A DNA stretch of 64,000 bases from assembly GCA_951406725.2 (NCBI GenBank), contig OX597819.1, positions 55,738,001-55,802,000 on the forward strand, in the 5' to 3' direction. The notes below the pieces were generated by a model. The model did not search any database. It was not told the DNA's origin and worked only from the letters and a program-made list of their open reading frames with translations. This stretch comes from Octopus vulgaris. Lineage: Eukaryota. Each line of letters opens with the position of its first letter. Positions within the stretch are counted from its first letter, which is position 1. Below, piece by piece: positions 12,075 to 24,544 of this stretch. A program made the translations under genes and the position numbers.

Positions 12075-13930
12075 TAATATTCATAGAGACTGCATACATT
12101 CTTGCAGAATGCATATTTATATAGAACCTGCGATTAGTTCATTGTGAGTGCATGTGTACATAGACTACATATGTTCATGGAGAATGCATGCATTCATAAA
12201 GACAAAGTATGTTCATACATGTTTATAAAAAAAACCGTACGTGTTCATAAAACCTGCATGTGTTCATAGAGACTACATATGTTCACAGTCTGCTTGTGCT
12301 CATAGACTTGTGCTCATGTGTTTATAGAGGTTGCATGTATTCATAAAGACACCATACATTTATAGAAACTACCAGTATATGTAGAGACTGCATGTATCAG
12401 GTCATCCCATAAGTTCTGTCCAATTTTACCTTTTTTAAAATTGAATGAAATTTAATAGTATTTTAGAATGTCTAATGGAATTAAAAATTATTTTTATGGA
12501 TTTGTGTACATTTAAACTAAATAAATAATATTTTACAGAATAATAGAATTAAAATTTCTTTGATTAAAACCCTTTCTAACATGAAAGTATCCAATGAGCA
12601 TTTAAGGCACATAATGCTTTATGTGTACAAAAAAGGAAACTCTGCAGCTGAAGCGACTCAAAACATACACTCAGTTTATGGGAAAGAATGCTTGAATGAA
12701 AGAACTTGCAGAAGATGGTTTGCAAAATTCAGAAATCGAGTTTTCAGCCTTGAAGATGAAGATCGACCAGGATGTCTGGTTGAGTTTGATAATAAGCTCC
12801 TTGAGGCATTACTTGAAGAAACTCCTGCATTATCAGTTGAAGAATTGGCAATAAAGCTTAGTTCAAGCCATTCAACTGTTCAATGCCATCTTCAACAACT
12901 TGGAAAGGTTCCTAAACTTGGAAAATGGGTGCCTCATGAATTGTCTGAAAGCAACCACAAATCCTGAGTTGACGTCTGCTCTTCCCTCCATTCATGCGAA
13001 CTCATCTCACCCTTTTTTGATAGACTTGTGACTGGTGACGAAAAATGGATCTTCTATCGAAATGTTAAATGTCGTAAACAGTGGTTTGGTAAAAGTGAAA
13101 AAAACCCAACCACAACCGAGAACTTCATGGGAAAAGGTTCTTTTCTCTATCTGGTGGGATTGCAAAGGAGTAATTCACTTTCAATTGTTACCACCTAATG
13201 CAACAATCAATGCTCATATCTACTGTCAGTAATTAGAGCGTTTGAAACAAGCTTTGAAGGAAAAAAAGACCCACTTTAGTGAATCGAAAAGGAGTGATGT
13301 TTCATCAGGACAATGCATGACCCCACACTGCAAAGATCACATCACAGAAGATCGAAGAGCTTGGTTGGGAAAAAATTCCTCATCCACCTTATTCTCCCGA
13401 CCTTGCTCCTTCAGACTACCATTTGTTTCGTAGTTTACAGAATCATTTGGGGGACATAACTTTTGCAAGCCAGGAGGAGGTCAAAACTGACATTTCAGAG
13501 TTCTTCGCTTTGAAACCAAAAGAGTTTTACATTGATGGGATTAAAAAGCTTGTAAATAGATGGAAGGAAGTCATAGATAATCAGGGAAAGTGCACTGAGG
13601 ATTAAATTTCAATTATATATAACATTTGATCACTTGTTTTCTTTATTCAAAATTCGGACAGAACTTATGGGATGACCTGATACTTATAAATTACTGCATG
13701 TGTTCATAGAAACTGTATATATTCAGTGAATCTGTCAATTTTCATAGTGACTGCAGGTGTCACTATGAGATAGAGAGACCATAGAAATTGACTGTTTTCA
13801 CAGAAACAGTTTTCTTTCATAAAGTGACTGAACATGTTCTTAAAGACAACTTGAGTTGATAAAAACTTCATGTTTTTATAAAAGACTGCATGTTTTCATA
13901 AGAAACTATGTGCTCATAGAAACCGAATGT
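12075..13930. repeat. Degenerate ~20-bp minisatellite (ttcatagagactgcatgtg-like) split by the mariner
   Basis: Repeated ttcatagagactgca variants at 12075-12395, resuming at 13683-13930. Confidence 0.7.
12397..13680 (+). mobile_element. Full-length but inactive mariner (DD34D) transposon
   Basis: TIRs tcaggtcatcccataagttctgtcc / ggacagaacttatgggatgacctga, TA on both flanks, 1284 bp. Motifs WVPHEL, VTGDEKW, HQDNA and HPPYSPDLAPSDYHLF, broken by stops and frameshifts. Confidence 0.96.
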
Positions 13931-14607
13931 CATTCTCGAATTCTGCAATTGTAATGGCTGTATACTTAGGAAGTTTATTTTCCAATTATGTGGTTTAGGG
14001 TTGAGTACCACTGCAAGGCACCTTGGACAAGTATCTGTGTGTCTGTGTTTGTCCCACCAACATTGCTTGACAACCGATGCTAGAGTGTTTATGTCCCCGT
14101 CACTTAGCGGTTTGGCAAGAGAGACCGATAGAATAAGTACTAGGCTTACAAAGAATAAGTCCTGGGGTCGATTTGCTTGACTAAAGGTGGTGCTCCAGCA
14201 CGTCGCAGTCAAATGACTGAAACAAATAAAAGAATAAAATAAAAATAAAAATATATAGATACACACACACACATATTTATATATAAATATATCGTAAATG
14301 GCAGATGAGGGTTCTTCAATAGAACTCATTATCATATTGAGCCACTGGTTTACTGAACTGTTTGTGCAAATGATTTGTTCATAGCGATCAAATGATTATG
14401 CTGTACATTGGCTCACTCCCTCCATCAAATCAACACAGTCTGTCCGCATGATGACGATGCTTGTTTACAACCATGGTAGGCTGTCAAAACAAGGTGAGAT
14501 AATATATACATAAACAACAAACTTCTTTCAATTTCTGTATACCAAATCTACTTACAAGGCTCTGGTCAGCTCCTTAGACAAGACATTTGTCCAAGGTGCC
14601 TTGCAGT

Positions 14608-14650
<43 letters not shown>

Positions 14651-15149
14651 GAAGGACTTCTTTCAGTTTCCGTCTACCAAATCCACTCACAAGGCTTTGG
14701 TTGGCCCGAGGCTATAGTAGAAGACACTTGCCCAAGGTGCCATGCAGTGGGACTGAACCTGGAACCATGTGGTTAGTAAGCAAGCTACTTACCACACAGC
14801 CACTCCTGCACCTATATAATGACTTTTACTTGTTTCCATCATTACATTGTGGCCATTCTGGGGCACTGTGAATGTTTAGTCAAATGAATCGACTTCAGTA
14901 CCATTTTTTAAAGCCTGGTATTTATTGTATTTATCTCATTTGCTGAACCGCTAAGTTGTAGGAATGTAAACACAACAATACCATTTGTCAGGTAGTGGTG
15001 GGGGACCCAACACAGACACAAACACACAACACACATACACACACTCACATGCCAGGCTTCTTTCAGTTTCTGTCTACTACATCCACTCACAAGACTTTGG
15101 TTGGTCTAAGACCACAGTAGAAGACGTTTGTCCAAGTTGTCACATTGTG

Positions 15150-15520
15150 AAAATAAAAGAAAATTGTGGAAATTGAAAATGCCTGAGAGATAAAATGTTG
15201 CTATACTTGATTACAAGAAAAATGCAAAATTTTTGTTGAGATCTATCAAGGGCATTTACTCCCTCAAGCCCCCTAAACTCTGACAATGGGGGATTTCTCT
15301 CTCTCTTTTCTCTTTTACTCTTTTACTTGATTCAGTCATTTGACTGTGGCCATGCTGGAGCACTGCCTTTAGTCGAGCAAATCAACCCCAGGACTTATTC
15401 TTTGTAAGCCTAGTACTTATTTAATCGGTCCCTTTTGCCAAACTACTAAGTTACAGGGATGTAAACATACCAGTATCAGTTGTCAAGTGATGTTGGGAGG
15501 ACAAACACAGACACGCAAAT

Positions 15521-15569
<49 letters not shown>

Positions 15570-16216
15570 TACTATGGGCATTTTTCAGTTCCCCTTTACC
15601 AAATCCACTTACATGGCTTTGGTTGGCCCAAGGCTGTAGTAGAAGACACTTGCAGTTGGACTGAACCTGGAACCATGTGGTTGGTAAGCAAGCTACTTAC
15701 CACACAGCCACTCCTACATCTATTTCTGTATATTTTTTTTTACAATAGCAGAGTTTGTGGTGTATGAGGTAGTAAATGTCCTTGACTGATCTAAGCAAAA
15801 ATTTTGCATTTTTCTAGTAATAATATATAGCAAGATTTTAGGCCTCAGGCATTTTTAGTTTTCACAATTTTTTATTTTCCTGCTATCCTAGATTACACAA
15901 TCTATATACCCACACACACATACATGTGTGTTAGGGTGGAGTGAAAATAAAAAGTTATGGAAGTTGATAATGTCTGACGCTAAATTTTCGCTTAGATCAC
16001 TCCTTACTTATTTACTTCCTCAAACTCCCCAAACTCCGCTATTGTAAAAAATTTACAAAAATCCCCCCATTTTCGGAGTTTAGGGGGCTTGAGGGAGTAA
16101 ATGCCCTTGACTGATCTCAGCAAAAATTTAGCATTTTTCTAGTAATCAAATATAGCAGCATTTTAGTCCTCAGGCATCTTCAATTTCCATAATTTTTTTA
16201 TTTTCACTCCACCCTC
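15150..16216. mobile_element. Cluster of related long-TIR non-autonomous DNA elements (MITE-like), one interrupted by a SINE
   Basis: 15151-15280 is the reverse complement of 15750-15880 and of 16077-16200. agggtggagtgaaaataaaaa (~15933) pairs with tttttattttcactccaccct (~16195-16215). Confidence 0.65.
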
Positions 16217-16639
16217 ACCCTACTGTGTATCCTGAGTTAAGTGTCAGCGAGACATCTCATAGCTTCATCAGAGTCAGGGGTAATTATGTAACTCCTGTTC
16301 GTTTGTCAATCATTACACTCACACACTCAAAATCATACACACTCACACACAAATATATATATATATATATACACACATTATATTATTTTTGTAATTTACT
16401 TAATCTTTACTTTTTAATTGTTATTTTAATTTTAACTTTTCTATTATATGTAATTTTCTAGATGGTCTAATTTAATTATTCATTTTGAATTGATAAAAGG
16501 TGGGTTTTTTCTAATATTTTATATATATATTATATTGTGTGGAATTTGATTTAGTATTTCTAAATTGAATTATTTTTCCTTGTAAGTTTGGATTTGATTC
16601 CCTCAAATAATAATTATATATATATATATATATGTATCT

Positions 16640-17100
16640 ATACTTCTGATCCAAGAATTGTGCTTTGGACAAGGGGATTTAGTGAAAGATTATTCAGTAC
16701 ACGTTTTTTTGACAATAATGTAATCAAAGGAACATATGTCCTATGATGCAGTATTTTCTTATTCTGAAATTCCTTTGTCAGAATAACATAAAATATGGTT
16801 TCAACCAGATGCTGCTTCATCCCATTTTGCTATTTGTGTGAAGAATTATTTTTGATAAAACTTTCCATGAAGGTGGACAAGCAGAGGTGGTATAATTGAA
16901 TGACCAACTTGAGTTACACCTTGCTTTTTTCTTTTTTTTTTCTTATGGGTAGGGGTCATCGAAAGTTAGTTTACAGGAATCAACTTAGATCTATCAATGC
17001 ACTGAATGAGGTAAGCATATTCACATGTGATAGCGTCAGTGCAGATACTTTTAAGAAAGGTTCAAAATTCATTATTGAATGGACTAATGGATTTGTTACT
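16640..17100 (+). pseudogene. Decayed Tc1/mariner-superfamily transposase fragment (maT/rosa-like)
   Basis: Patchy translation NIWFQPDAASSHFAICVKNYF**NFP*RWTSRGGIIE*P...FFL.G...LVYRNQLRSINAL resembles WFQQDGAPPH...RWIGRGG..WP...DFFLWG. Confidence 0.7.
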
Positions 17101-17200
17101 TTAAGCATCTAAATATATGATTCAGGTTCATTTTGTATGGAACTAGACTGTTGCCTATCTCTCTCTCTCTTTTATATATATATATATAAATTTTTTAAAA

Positions 17201-17409
17201 ATTTATATTAAGGGCATTGATACACATAAATGCCTCATGCTATGAGGGACTCTTAAAGTCAAAACTACCATAATAAATACAGTGTACCGAACTCGAGGAA
17301 ATGCAACTCTAGAAGCGAGCTCCTTAAAAACAGATTCAGCTGCATATCAGACTTTAAGAGTCCCTTATAGTGTGAGACATTTATGCGTATTAATGCCCTT
17401 AATATAAAT
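17201..17409. repeat. Inverted repeat with 60-bp arms and ~90-bp spacer (possible Penelope-like remnant)
   Basis: 17201-17260 is the imperfect reverse complement of 17350-17409. Confidence 0.75.
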
Positions 17410-17521
17410 AAATATATTTAAAGGGAATAATTATAGTTTTCCCTTATGAGGTTTTTCATGCTGACTACTTGATAAATTCTTATAAAGATTTTATCCTATT
17501 TTAAATTTATATATATATGTA

Positions 17522-18435
17522 TTGGGTCAACCCATAAATAATGCGTTTTTTTATACTTCTTTTATTTTTCAAAATTAAGATAATCAAAGTTCTTTTTTAA
17601 TCTAAAATATACTCTCCTTCATTTTCTACAATGCTCTTCCATCTATTTGGTAGACTTGCAAGGCTCCTCTTCCTAAATTCACTTGTCCCTGATGAAAAGT
17701 ACTCCTCCAGTACTGTTCTGACCTCATCTACAGAATTCATATTTTTTCTGTCCAAATGATTTTGAAGACTGGAATAAATGATAACCAGATGGGGCAATGT
17801 CTGGCGAATATGGTGGGTGGGTCATCGTTTCCCATTCAAACTGCTCCAGCCTTTGGAATGTCATCCTTGCTGTATGTAGCCAATCCTTATCCTGATAGAG
17901 GAACACTTTTTGTCTTGAAATCAAAGATGGTAATTTTTCTTCTAATGTGAGCGTTGATGAATAGTTGAATGATCAAATCCAAGCTTCTCCGCTAGTTCCT
18001 CAACAGTTACAATGGGATTTTGTTCCACTAGGGTTTGCAGGGTGTCCTCATCAAGCTCTACAGATCTTCCAGAATGATGCTTGTCTTCTAGGCTGTAGTT
18101 TCCGGCTCAGAATTTCTGGAACCATTGTTGATACTGGCATACACTTATTGTCTGATCCCCATATACTGCATTAATATTCCTTGCACTTTCCGTTGTGCTG
18201 TTGCCTTTATTGAACTCATAAAGCAAAACATGGCGAATATGCCCCATTGTCACTTCTATTATAGCTTTGAAAAAACAACTGTTAAAATCGAACTGCACTC
18301 TTCAAAACTTGCACTAAGAATAAGCACAAGGTAAAATTACTGCTTTTATAGCAGGTTGATGCAGGTAGTTTATCCCATCCCTCTCTTTTAGTTCATGTAG
18401 TTGAAAAAAACAGCATTATTTATGGGATGACCCAA
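17522..18435 (-). mobile_element. Internally deleted mariner transposon
   Basis: TIRs ttgggtcaacccataaataatgc / gcattatttatgggatgacccaa with TA flanks. Fragments HIRHVLLYEFNKGNS and HPPYSPDIAPSGYHLF. 914 bp. Confidence 0.93.
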
Positions 18436-18489
18436 TATGTATGTATAAAAGAAAAGAGATGACAAAGGAATAAGTGACACAAACTTTAT

Positions 18490-18572
18490 TAGCTTACGGC
18501 TGTTTCACTATAAGATGCACTGTACTCCTAGTTGAGTGTCTGAGTAACACTTTATAGCTTCATCAGAGACTC
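18490..18572 (-). ncRNA. Degenerate hammerhead ribozyme motif with canonical core and long loop II
   Basis: GAGUCU-CUGAUGA-A-GCUAUAA(long loop)UUAUAGU-GAAA-CAGCCG-UA-AGCU. Stem I is damaged. A related truncated copy lies at ~16225-16275. Confidence 0.55.
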
Positions 18573-19074
18573 AAATGGAAATATACAGTATGTATATCAT
18601 CTTTTATTTTTAATCTGTAGAATAGTGCAAGAGAGTCAGTCGTAACTTTCTGCTGGTTAAAAATAAAAACGATTAAAAAATGCATGTGTGTGTGTGTGTG
18701 TGCAGTATATATGTGTTTGTATGTGTCTATATGTCTGCATTATTGTGTTTATTTATCTGTGGGTTGTTCTACAATGTTTGTGTCATGTTCTGGAAATTAT
18801 TCTTGTGAATATGAATGAAGCAGATGATGATGATGGGCAAAGGCCAGAAAATATTTTTCATGGCAGTCTGGAAATAAACAACATCGCTTGTATGATGGTG
18901 ATGCTCATTTACAGCCATCACATCATGACAGGACAACACACACACATGCACAGACACAGACACAGGTATGCACACAGACACACACACACACACACACACA
19001 TATTCTCCAGACTTCTTTCAGTTTTCTGACAACGAAATCCACTCGTAAGATTTGATGATAATAATTATAATAAT

Positions 19075-19395
19075 TTCGTTTTTGGATTTGGTTTGCAAGA
19101 TTCTTTGTGAGTTCGTGTGTTGAAGCATATTCTGTTGTGTCTGAGGAGAGTCATTTTCTTATTTGCCTTATTGTGCCTTAACACGCTCACCGGTAAAATT
19201 TCCACTTATTCTTTATTTTTATTTTCCTAAAATTTTCGTTGCGTCTGGCAACCTTTTCAATAGTCAAGACTATTGAAAAGGTTGCAAGACGCAATGAAAA
19301 TTTTAGGAAAATAAAAATAAGTGGAAATTTTACCAGTGAGTGTGTTAAATTATAAGGCACAAAAAGAAAATGACTCTCCTCAAACACAACAGAAT
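19075..19395. mobile_element. Palindromic Penelope-like remnant with flanking direct repeat
   Basis: Inverted arms 19129-19265 and 19268-19395. aattataataat at 19063-19074 and 19393-19404. A single-arm copy of the same family is at 34526-34722. Confidence 0.8.
19268..19307 (+). ncRNA. Candidate minimal type-I hammerhead ribozyme, U3:A8 core variant (mirror copy on - strand at 19226-19265)
   Basis: CUA-UUGAAAA-G-GUUGC(AAGAC)GCAAU-GAAA-AU-UU-UAG. The - strand copy has a perfect GUUGC/GCAAC stem II. Stem I is only 3 bp. Confidence 0.55.
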
Positions 19396-19508
19396 TATAA
19401 TAATGATTGCAGTAGTATGATAGATATAGTCAAAATTTGAAAAGCTAATAATATTAATATTATTTTACTAATTTGTTTCACCTATTTATATATTTCTTAT
19501 TGAAACAG

Positions 19509-19668
19509 GTGTAACGGCTTTCGCAACCAATGGACTTGCAGCAATTGTTTTGGCAAGGCAGAATACACAACCTCGAAGGAAGTACAGCATGTTGATCTAC
19601 TTCCTTCTGACAAGTGCTTTGGTCAATATTGGATTTCCTCTGAATTCATCTTCAAGTATTGCTGGAAG
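19509..19668 (+). CDS. Retinochrome, internal coding exon (TM1-TM2), first exon confidently seen
   Basis: tgaaacag acceptor, ag|gtaagt donor. Translates (G)VTAFATNGLAAIVLARQNTQPRRKYSMLIYFLLTSALVNIGFPLNSSSSIAGR, resembling squid retinochrome LARQSPKPRRKY...SSSIVGRW (recalled). 160 nt, phase 1 in, phase 2 out. Confidence 0.92.
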
Positions 19669-20201
19669 GTAAGTTTGTCTATAATTACTCTTTTACTCTT
19701 TTACTTGTTTCAGTCATTTGAATGCTGCCATGCTGGAGCACTGCGTTTAGTCGAGGACGGGGACATAAACACACCAGCATCGGTTGTTGGGGCGTCAAAC
19801 ACAGACACACACACACACACAGACACACACACACAGACACACACACACATACACACACACACACATACGACAGGTTTCTTTCAGTTTCCATCAACCAGAT
19901 CCACTCACAAGGTTTTGGTTGGCCCAAAGCTATAGTAGAAGACACTTGCCCAATGTGCCATGCAGTGGGACTAAACCCGGAACCATGTAGTTCGTAAGCA
20001 AGCTACTTACCACATAGCCACTCCTACGCCTATATATTTATATGTTATATACCATAGCTGTTGTTCATATTTTTATTATTGTGATTATTAAAGTGAAGGT
20101 AGAATCAGTAGAACAGTAGAAACAAGACCAACTCTAGAATTTTTATAAGAAGCTGTTGAGTTAAATGGCAGCTCTCTTCAATATATCACTAGTAAATATT
20201 A

Positions 20202-20363
20202 CAGTATTTTAACATGTGTAAGGAATCCCCTAATTTTGGGGACTTAAAATTTGGAGAAAAGGTTTTCTAAGGGATTATAATACTATCCATGTATAAGAAA
20301 CTCCCATACTTTTTTAACCTAATTTTTGACAAAAATGGGTTCCTTATACATGTTAAAATACAG
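20202..20363. mobile_element. Tc1/pogo-type MITE
   Basis: TIRs cagtattttaacatgtgtaaggaa / ttccttatacatgttaaaatacag, TA on both flanks. Confidence 0.8.
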
Positions 20364-20461
20364 TATATTGACACTGAAAAGAAGAAAAACAAATAAATTT
20401 TATACTGGCTTCTCTACAGTTTTTGTCAACATGACCTTAGGTAACTAAAATGTTAACCAAT

Positions 20462-20626
20462 AGGCACAAGAGTGGCTGTGTGGTAAGTAGCTTGCTTACC
20501 AACCACATGGTTCCGGGTTCAGTCCCACTGCTGCATGGCACCTTGGGCAAATGTCTTCTACTATAGCCTCGGGCCGACCAAAGTCTTGTGAGTGGATTTG
20601 GTAGACGGAAACTGAAAGAAGCCCGT

Positions 20627-20663
<37 letters not shown>

Positions 20664-20877
20664 GTTTGTGTGACTGTGTTTGCCCCCCCAACATCGCTTG
20701 ACAACCGATGCTGGTGTGTTTACGTCCCTGTAACTTAGCGGTTTGGCAAACGGGACCGATAGAATAAGTACTAGGCTTACAAAGAATAAGTCCTAGGGTC
20801 GATGTGCTCGACTAAAGGTGGTGCTCCAGCATGGCCACAGTCAAAGTGACTGAAACAAGTAAAAGAGTAAAAGAGTA
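20462..20877 (+). mobile_element. Representative full-length tRNA-derived octopus SINE with internal (TA)n tract
   Basis: Head gagtggctgtgtggtaag...ggttcagtcc (A/B-box-like), tail tgactgaaacaagtaaaagagt. Other copies at about 1245-1612(-), 11510-12070(-), 15320-15722(-), 19690-20030(-), 27022-27420(-), 33941-34325(+), 49920-50300(-), 51656-52045(+), 59423-59825(+). Confidence 0.9.
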
Positions 20878-21554
20878 CCAGGCATGGCATATATATTTAC
20901 TCATTCATTTTATCCTAAAATAAAAATTTTGCTGTGTCAAGGGAGATACGAAGATAAAATAAAAAGTTTTAGGTTTTGGTTAATGAAAGTTTTCAGACTC
21001 ATTTTTATATTTATTCACAATATTTTCACATAAACTTACAATTCAAAATGGCTACCGTTTGTATTCACCATAGCCCTTTATATTTTCCCAACTGTTTTAT
21101 CACTCTACAGTTCTATATGCCAGCCATTTTCAATTCTACAATTTGTTCACATTTTGTTTGAGCTGCCACATTTAATTACGAGTAAACAATAAAACAAAAG
21201 AATGTTAGGAAGTGTAGTATAGCATTTGCATCTGTTTTTATGAATAACGATGTTTCAATTTATATTTGAATAATGGGTCACCTGGTATATCTGTCTGTTA
21301 GTCTATCTGTAATATAATAAAATATAATATATTTAAAATTTTTTCCACAATGGCAGCTTGGGGGAGGTGGGGATGAGTTGATTACATCAACCCCAGTGTG
21401 TAACTAGTACTTGTTTCATCAACTCCCAAAGGATAAAAGCAAAGTTAGCCTTGGCAGAATTTGAACTCAGAATCTAAAGAGCTGGAGGAAAACTGCTAAG
21501 TATTTTGCCTGGTTTACTAACAATTCTGTCAGTTTGCTGCCTTGATATGATATA

Positions 21555-22425
21555 CAGGGGTTGGACAAAATAATGGAAACGCCTTAAAATTTCAAACAAA
21601 TTTATTTTAATATAGAGTAGGACCACCTTTGGCAGTAATTATAGCTTGAATTCTATTAGGTATGGACTCGTACAAAGTTTGAATTGTTTCCTAAGGAATG
21701 TTTGTCCATTCTTCAGCTAAAACAGTCTCCAGTTCTTGTAGTGATGATGGTGGAGAATATCGACTCTTTACTTGTTTTTCTAAAATGTACCATAAATGTT
21801 CCGTAATTTTGAGATCTGGAGACTGTGGTGGCCAGATAAGATGTTCAGCTTCACTAGAATATTCCTCGTGCCATTCTGTAATAACTTTAGCTGTGTGAAT
21901 TGGTGCATTATCATCCTGAAAGATTGCATTTCCCTCTGGAAACAGTTCCACAACCATAGGATGAATTTGATCAGATAAAATGCTTAAATAGTCTTGACTA
22001 TTAATTCTGCCATGAAGGGAAACCACGGGGCCAGTGGATTTCTAAGATATAGCCCCCCCAGATCATCACAGATCCTCCTCCATGTTCAGTAGTTGGAAGA
22101 AGGCAGTCTGGGTCAAATGCTTCTTTTGGCTGTCTCCACATGTATACTCAGCTGGTGGTCGGAAATAAGGTAAAGGATGTCTCATCTGAGAAAATAACAT
22201 TCTTCCACTGCTCTAGGGATCAATTCTGTAGGTTTTTACTCCACTCTAAATGCTTTGCAACGTTTGCTTTTGAAAGTAGTGGTTTTCTGATTGCAGCCCT
22301 CCTGTGAAATCTGGCTTTGTGCAGCTCCCAGTAAACAGTTTTTGTGGAAACTGGGTTCTCGAGGTTGTCATTAAGCTCTGTAGTAATTTTGGGAGCTGTA
22401 CTTTTGTGATCCTTTCTAATACAGC
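21555..22425 (-). mobile_element. 5'-truncated Tc1 (DD34E) transposon
   Basis: One TIR caggggttggacaaaataatggaaac after TA. Motifs FSDETSF, FQDDNAPIH, WPPQSPDLKITEHLW and AAIRKPLLS. Confidence 0.92.
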
Positions 22426-22669
22426 TTAACACCAGTGATGTTGCAACTCATTTCTACAGCTGAGTGAACTGGAACAACATCAAATAAAGTGTTTTGCTTA
22501 AGAACACAACACACAGCCCTGTCCAGGAATTTAACTCACTACCTCATGATTATGAGCCTGACACTCTAACCATTGAGCCATGCTCATGATATAATATAAT
22601 ATTTATTATATAATATAATAACATCAACAATAACCATAGTTAGTAGAGTGAAAATTTCTTGGCATTCCT

Positions 22670-23395
22670 GACATGTGTCTTCCATTCCTTTCTGTTGTCC
22701 TTGGCATTTTAAAGATCTTGGGTGGTGCATCCAGTGTCTTCAAGCAATTGGCTTTTGTAGTCTTTTTTACTGGTCTACCTTTTCCCTGTTTACCATGAGA
22801 AGGTCGTCACCGAAGGTCTTCAGCTCCTAGCCCCTCCTTGTTACAACAGCTGTGAGCAATAAATCTCAGCCTGTGTTTTCATATTGTCTCTGTGATATAT
22901 GGGATGTCCTACTATATTCTTTATTATTTATGTATTGATGCCATGAGATATTTAGAACTACATGGAGCATTCTGGTGCATGTGCCATTTAGAGTTTTCTT
23001 TGTGGAAGCTGTAACTGTCCATTTATTGAACCATAAATTAAAATTGATTCAACTGCAGCTTTGAAGACTTGCATAAAAAGCAGTAAATAAAATGGATGGA
23101 AGAAGTGAAATATTTCCAGACTAAAGGCTCTGAGAGAGGATTGGATAATAGAAATGAGAGATGATTGGATTATAGAAAAAGTGCTTTGAAGACCTAGGTA
23201 AACCTCCAGAAATCACTGAGAGCAATATTGATATAGTCTTTCTTGAAGAACTTTACATAAGGAAGGGTTCTTTCACCACTGATAGACAGCAAATCAGTCC
23301 AGGCTGGTGAAGCTTGTAGTCTGGATGGTATCTCTGTGAAGGCCTGGAAACTAGAAGAATTCAGCAATGCATACCTGGAGGCCTACAATACAATA
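22670..23395. mobile_element. Old RTE-like LINE fragments in opposite orientations
   Basis: The - strand piece encodes VFKAAVESILIYGS and a GRP motif (3' end). The + strand piece encodes a decayed KACxLDGISVKAWKL (start of RT). Confidence 0.55.
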
Positions 23396-23817
23396 GTTAT
23401 AATACATATGAATAATATTATAATATATATGATATAGAGTGATATTGTACCTGTAGCAGGGATTTAATTGAAGGTTTTTCTTAATCAATAGACTATCTTC
23501 CATTCCAGGTTTCACCTGAATTTTTCTTTCTTCGAATATTTTAAAGTTGCAGTATTTTTTTGTGATTCTGTTTCTCTGTAGGACTTTTATTGGGTTTTGT
23601 ATCTTTCAGTTCAGTAAGGTCCCTTTACCATCATAGCAACGGGTTCAAGAATAGAAAATACACATTTGTGAGCTAGCAGAATTATTAGAACATCAGAAAA
23701 AAATTGCTTTGGAATATTTTTCCAGACTTGAGTTCAAATCCTGAGGCGGCCAACTTTTCCTTTCACCATTCCTGGTCTTTAAAACAAACTAAACAATTAC
23801 TTTGATAATAAGTCTTA

Positions 23818-24226
23818 AGCCTCGTCTGGCACCTGTGTCGGTGGCACATAAGAAAAAACACCGAAAACACCATATCCGAGAGTGGCCGTCTGCCAGCCTC
23901 GTCTGGCACCTGTGTCGGTGGCACATAAAAAACACCATCTGAGCGTGGCCGTCTGCCAGCCTCGTCTGGCACCTGTGTCGGTGGCACATAAAAAACACCA
24001 TCCGAGCGTGGCCGTCTGCCAGCCTCGTCTGGCACCTGTGTCGGTGGCACATAAAATCACCCACTACACTCTCGGAGTGGTTGGCGTTAGGAAGGGCATC
24101 TAGCTGTAGAAACACTGCCAGATCTGACTGGCCTGGTGTAGCCTTCGGGCTCGCCAGACCCCAGTTGAACCGTCCAACCCATGCTAGCATGGAAAGCGGA
24201 CGTTAAACGATGATGATGATGATGAT
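23818..24226 (+). mobile_element. RTE 3'UTR fragment with four tandem ~63-bp units and (GAT)n tail
   Basis: gcctcgtctggcacctgtgtcggtggcacata occurs four times; the 3' end matches the pattern of 5760-5938. Similar fragments at ~1990-2555(-), 8625-9325(+), 9690-10245(-), 28256-28770(+), 50950-51560(+), 54445-54892(+), 57220-57665(-), 61425-61712(+). Confidence 0.9.
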
Positions 24227-24351
24227 GAAATGAAAAATAAAAATGCAAAACTTCATGTAATTTTTACCTAATTTTTTTTTAATCATTTCCATAGCATAAT
24301 GGTAAGTTCTCTATTGAGCAGAAATAATCATTGTTCCTTGTATTTCTGCAG

Positions 24352-24479
24352 ATGGCTTTTTGGAAATTTTGGCTGCCACTTCTATGGATTTATTGGATTT
24401 GTTGTTGGAATTTCCCACATATGGATGCTGTTTGCATTTTGTATTGAACGATATATTGCTACTTGCCATAGAGAATTCT
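24352..24479 (+). CDS. Retinochrome coding exon (TM3, ERY motif)
   Basis: ttctgcag acceptor, t|gtgagt donor. (R)WLFGNFGCHFYGFIGFVVGISHIWMLFAFCIERYIATCHREF, with the TM3 disulfide Cys and ERY. 128 nt, phases match both neighbours. Confidence 0.95.
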
Positions 24480-24544
24480 GTGAGTATTTTGTTACATTTT
24501 TGTACTTATTTTCTCAGATGTATAATGTTATATTTACATTTTGT

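Noticed and set aside
16977-17016. Apparent small exon ending gag|gtaagc
   Set aside because: It lies inside a decayed transposase and has stops in the frame needed to join retinochrome.
23818-24060. Regularly spaced repeats resembling a CRISPR array
   Set aside because: The units are contiguous tandem copies without unique spacers, belong to the RTE 3'UTR, and the context is eukaryotic.
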